A stretch of 55,753 nt of DNA from an uncultured Candidatus Saccharibacteria bacterium. Lineage in GTDB: Bacteria; Patescibacteriota; Minisyncoccia; Portnoybacterales; UBA2143. The stretch covers positions 1 to 55,753 of the forward strand of contig CAZJPW010000004.1 in NCBI GenBank assembly GCA_964548405.1, in the 5' to 3' direction. Shown here piece by piece: positions 55,390-55,753 of this stretch. A program made the position numbers and the translations under genes. Below the pieces are notes generated by a model, which made no database searches, had not been told where the DNA came from, and was given only the letters and a program-made list of their open reading frames with translations. Each line of letters begins with the position of its first letter. The first letter of the stretch is position 1.

Positions 55390-55753
55390 ATGAAAAAAGT
55401 TAAACTGCCTCAAATTAAAAAAGACATTAAGGCCTTTTTGACGAGCGAAGAAGGCAGGATTAATAAAAAAACTGTAGCTAAAACAGCTATGAGTCTTTTG
55501 GCTTTGGGAATTGGCTTGGCAGGAGTCATGAAGGCAGATTCGACTTCTGCAGCTACTACTCATGCTTCTCATGGATCTCATTCTTCCCATGGTTCCCATT
55601 CTTCCCATGGTTCCCATAGTTCTCATTCTTCCCACGGCTCCCATGGTTCCCACGGCTCACATGGTTCTCATAGCTCTCACGGTTCTCATAGTAGTCACGG
55701 CTCACATGGCTCCCACGGTTCCCACGGCTCACATGGTTCTCATGGTTCACACG
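55390..55753 (+). CDS. hxsA: His-Xaa-Ser repeat precursor (HxsA-like), partial, runs off the window end
   Basis: GGAG RBS at about 55380. The product is MKKVKLPQIKKDIKAFLTSEEGRINKKTVAKTAMSLLALGIGLAGVMKADSTSAATT followed by HASHGSHSSHGSHSSHGSHSSHSSHGSHGSHGSH... continuing to the end of the window. Confidence 0.8.
   Translation, partial: MKKVKLPQIKKDIKAFLTSEEGRINKKTVAKTAMSLLALGIGLAGVMKADSTSAATTHASHGSHSSHGSHSSHGSHSSHSSHGSHGSHGSHGSHSSHGSHSSHGSHGSHGSHGSHGSHGSH
55561..55753 (+). repeat. 9/18-nt coding tandem repeat (cat-NNN-tcN)n
   Basis: cattcttcccatggttcc units encode H-S-S-H-G-S. The same repeat generates the spurious antisense ORFs at 55360-55750. Confidence 0.85.

Noticed and set aside
55360-55750. 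Minus-strand ORFs (MGTMGAVGRMRTMG...; MNHENHVSRGNRG...) opposite the hxsA repeat
   Set aside because: They are mirror artefacts of the 9/18-nt coding repeat on the plus strand. They have no RBS and they overlap a well-supported plus-strand gene.

Overview
This 55.7 kb window is AT-rich (roughly 30-35% GC), gene-dense, and carries many short overlapping operons. Its gene content points to a small-genome, probably monoderm bacterium of the Candidate Phyla Radiation/Patescibacteria type: there is a complete type IV pilus/competence locus with no secretin, a 687-aa ValRS, a tRNA-Ile with a UAU anticodon, and many small membrane proteins. This taxonomic guess is inference. The housekeeping genes I recognise are murD-murC, rplS with an RluA-family pseudouridine synthase, ftsH, an S1-domain protein, gyrA, valS, tsaD, ychF, recG, comFC and twelve tRNA genes. 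The accessory content is listed below in window order, the most interesting item being the Hxs locus at the 3' end.
- At 18.1-19.3 kb there are three tandem paralogous small secreted proteins with a two-helix-hairpin, TrbC/VirB2-like pilin architecture.
- At 19.3-21.7 kb, next to tRNA-Leu(TAG), sits a compositionally atypical two-gene operon at about 42-45% GC that encodes an SPFH/band-7 protein and a membrane partner.
- At 23.4-24.6 kb there is a GC-rich orphan gene behind a structured leader.
- At 34.8-39.1 kb there is a putative exopolysaccharide locus made of a secreted GH114-like/FG-GAP-repeat protein, a membrane-anchored protein and a processive GT2 synthase.
- At 43.2-52.8 kb lies the pilMNO-pilB-pilin-receiver-pilT-pilC-pilin-pilD type IV pilus locus.
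- At 53.3-55.75 kb, directly downstream of the pilus locus, is a His-Xaa-Ser (Hxs) system. It comprises an HxsD-like protein carrying an LLNYTLR motif, a small paralogue of it, a radical-SAM/SPASM maturase, and a secreted peptide of (His-Gly/Ser-Ser)n repeats that runs off the window end.
I found no rRNA gene, CRISPR array, transposase or integrase.
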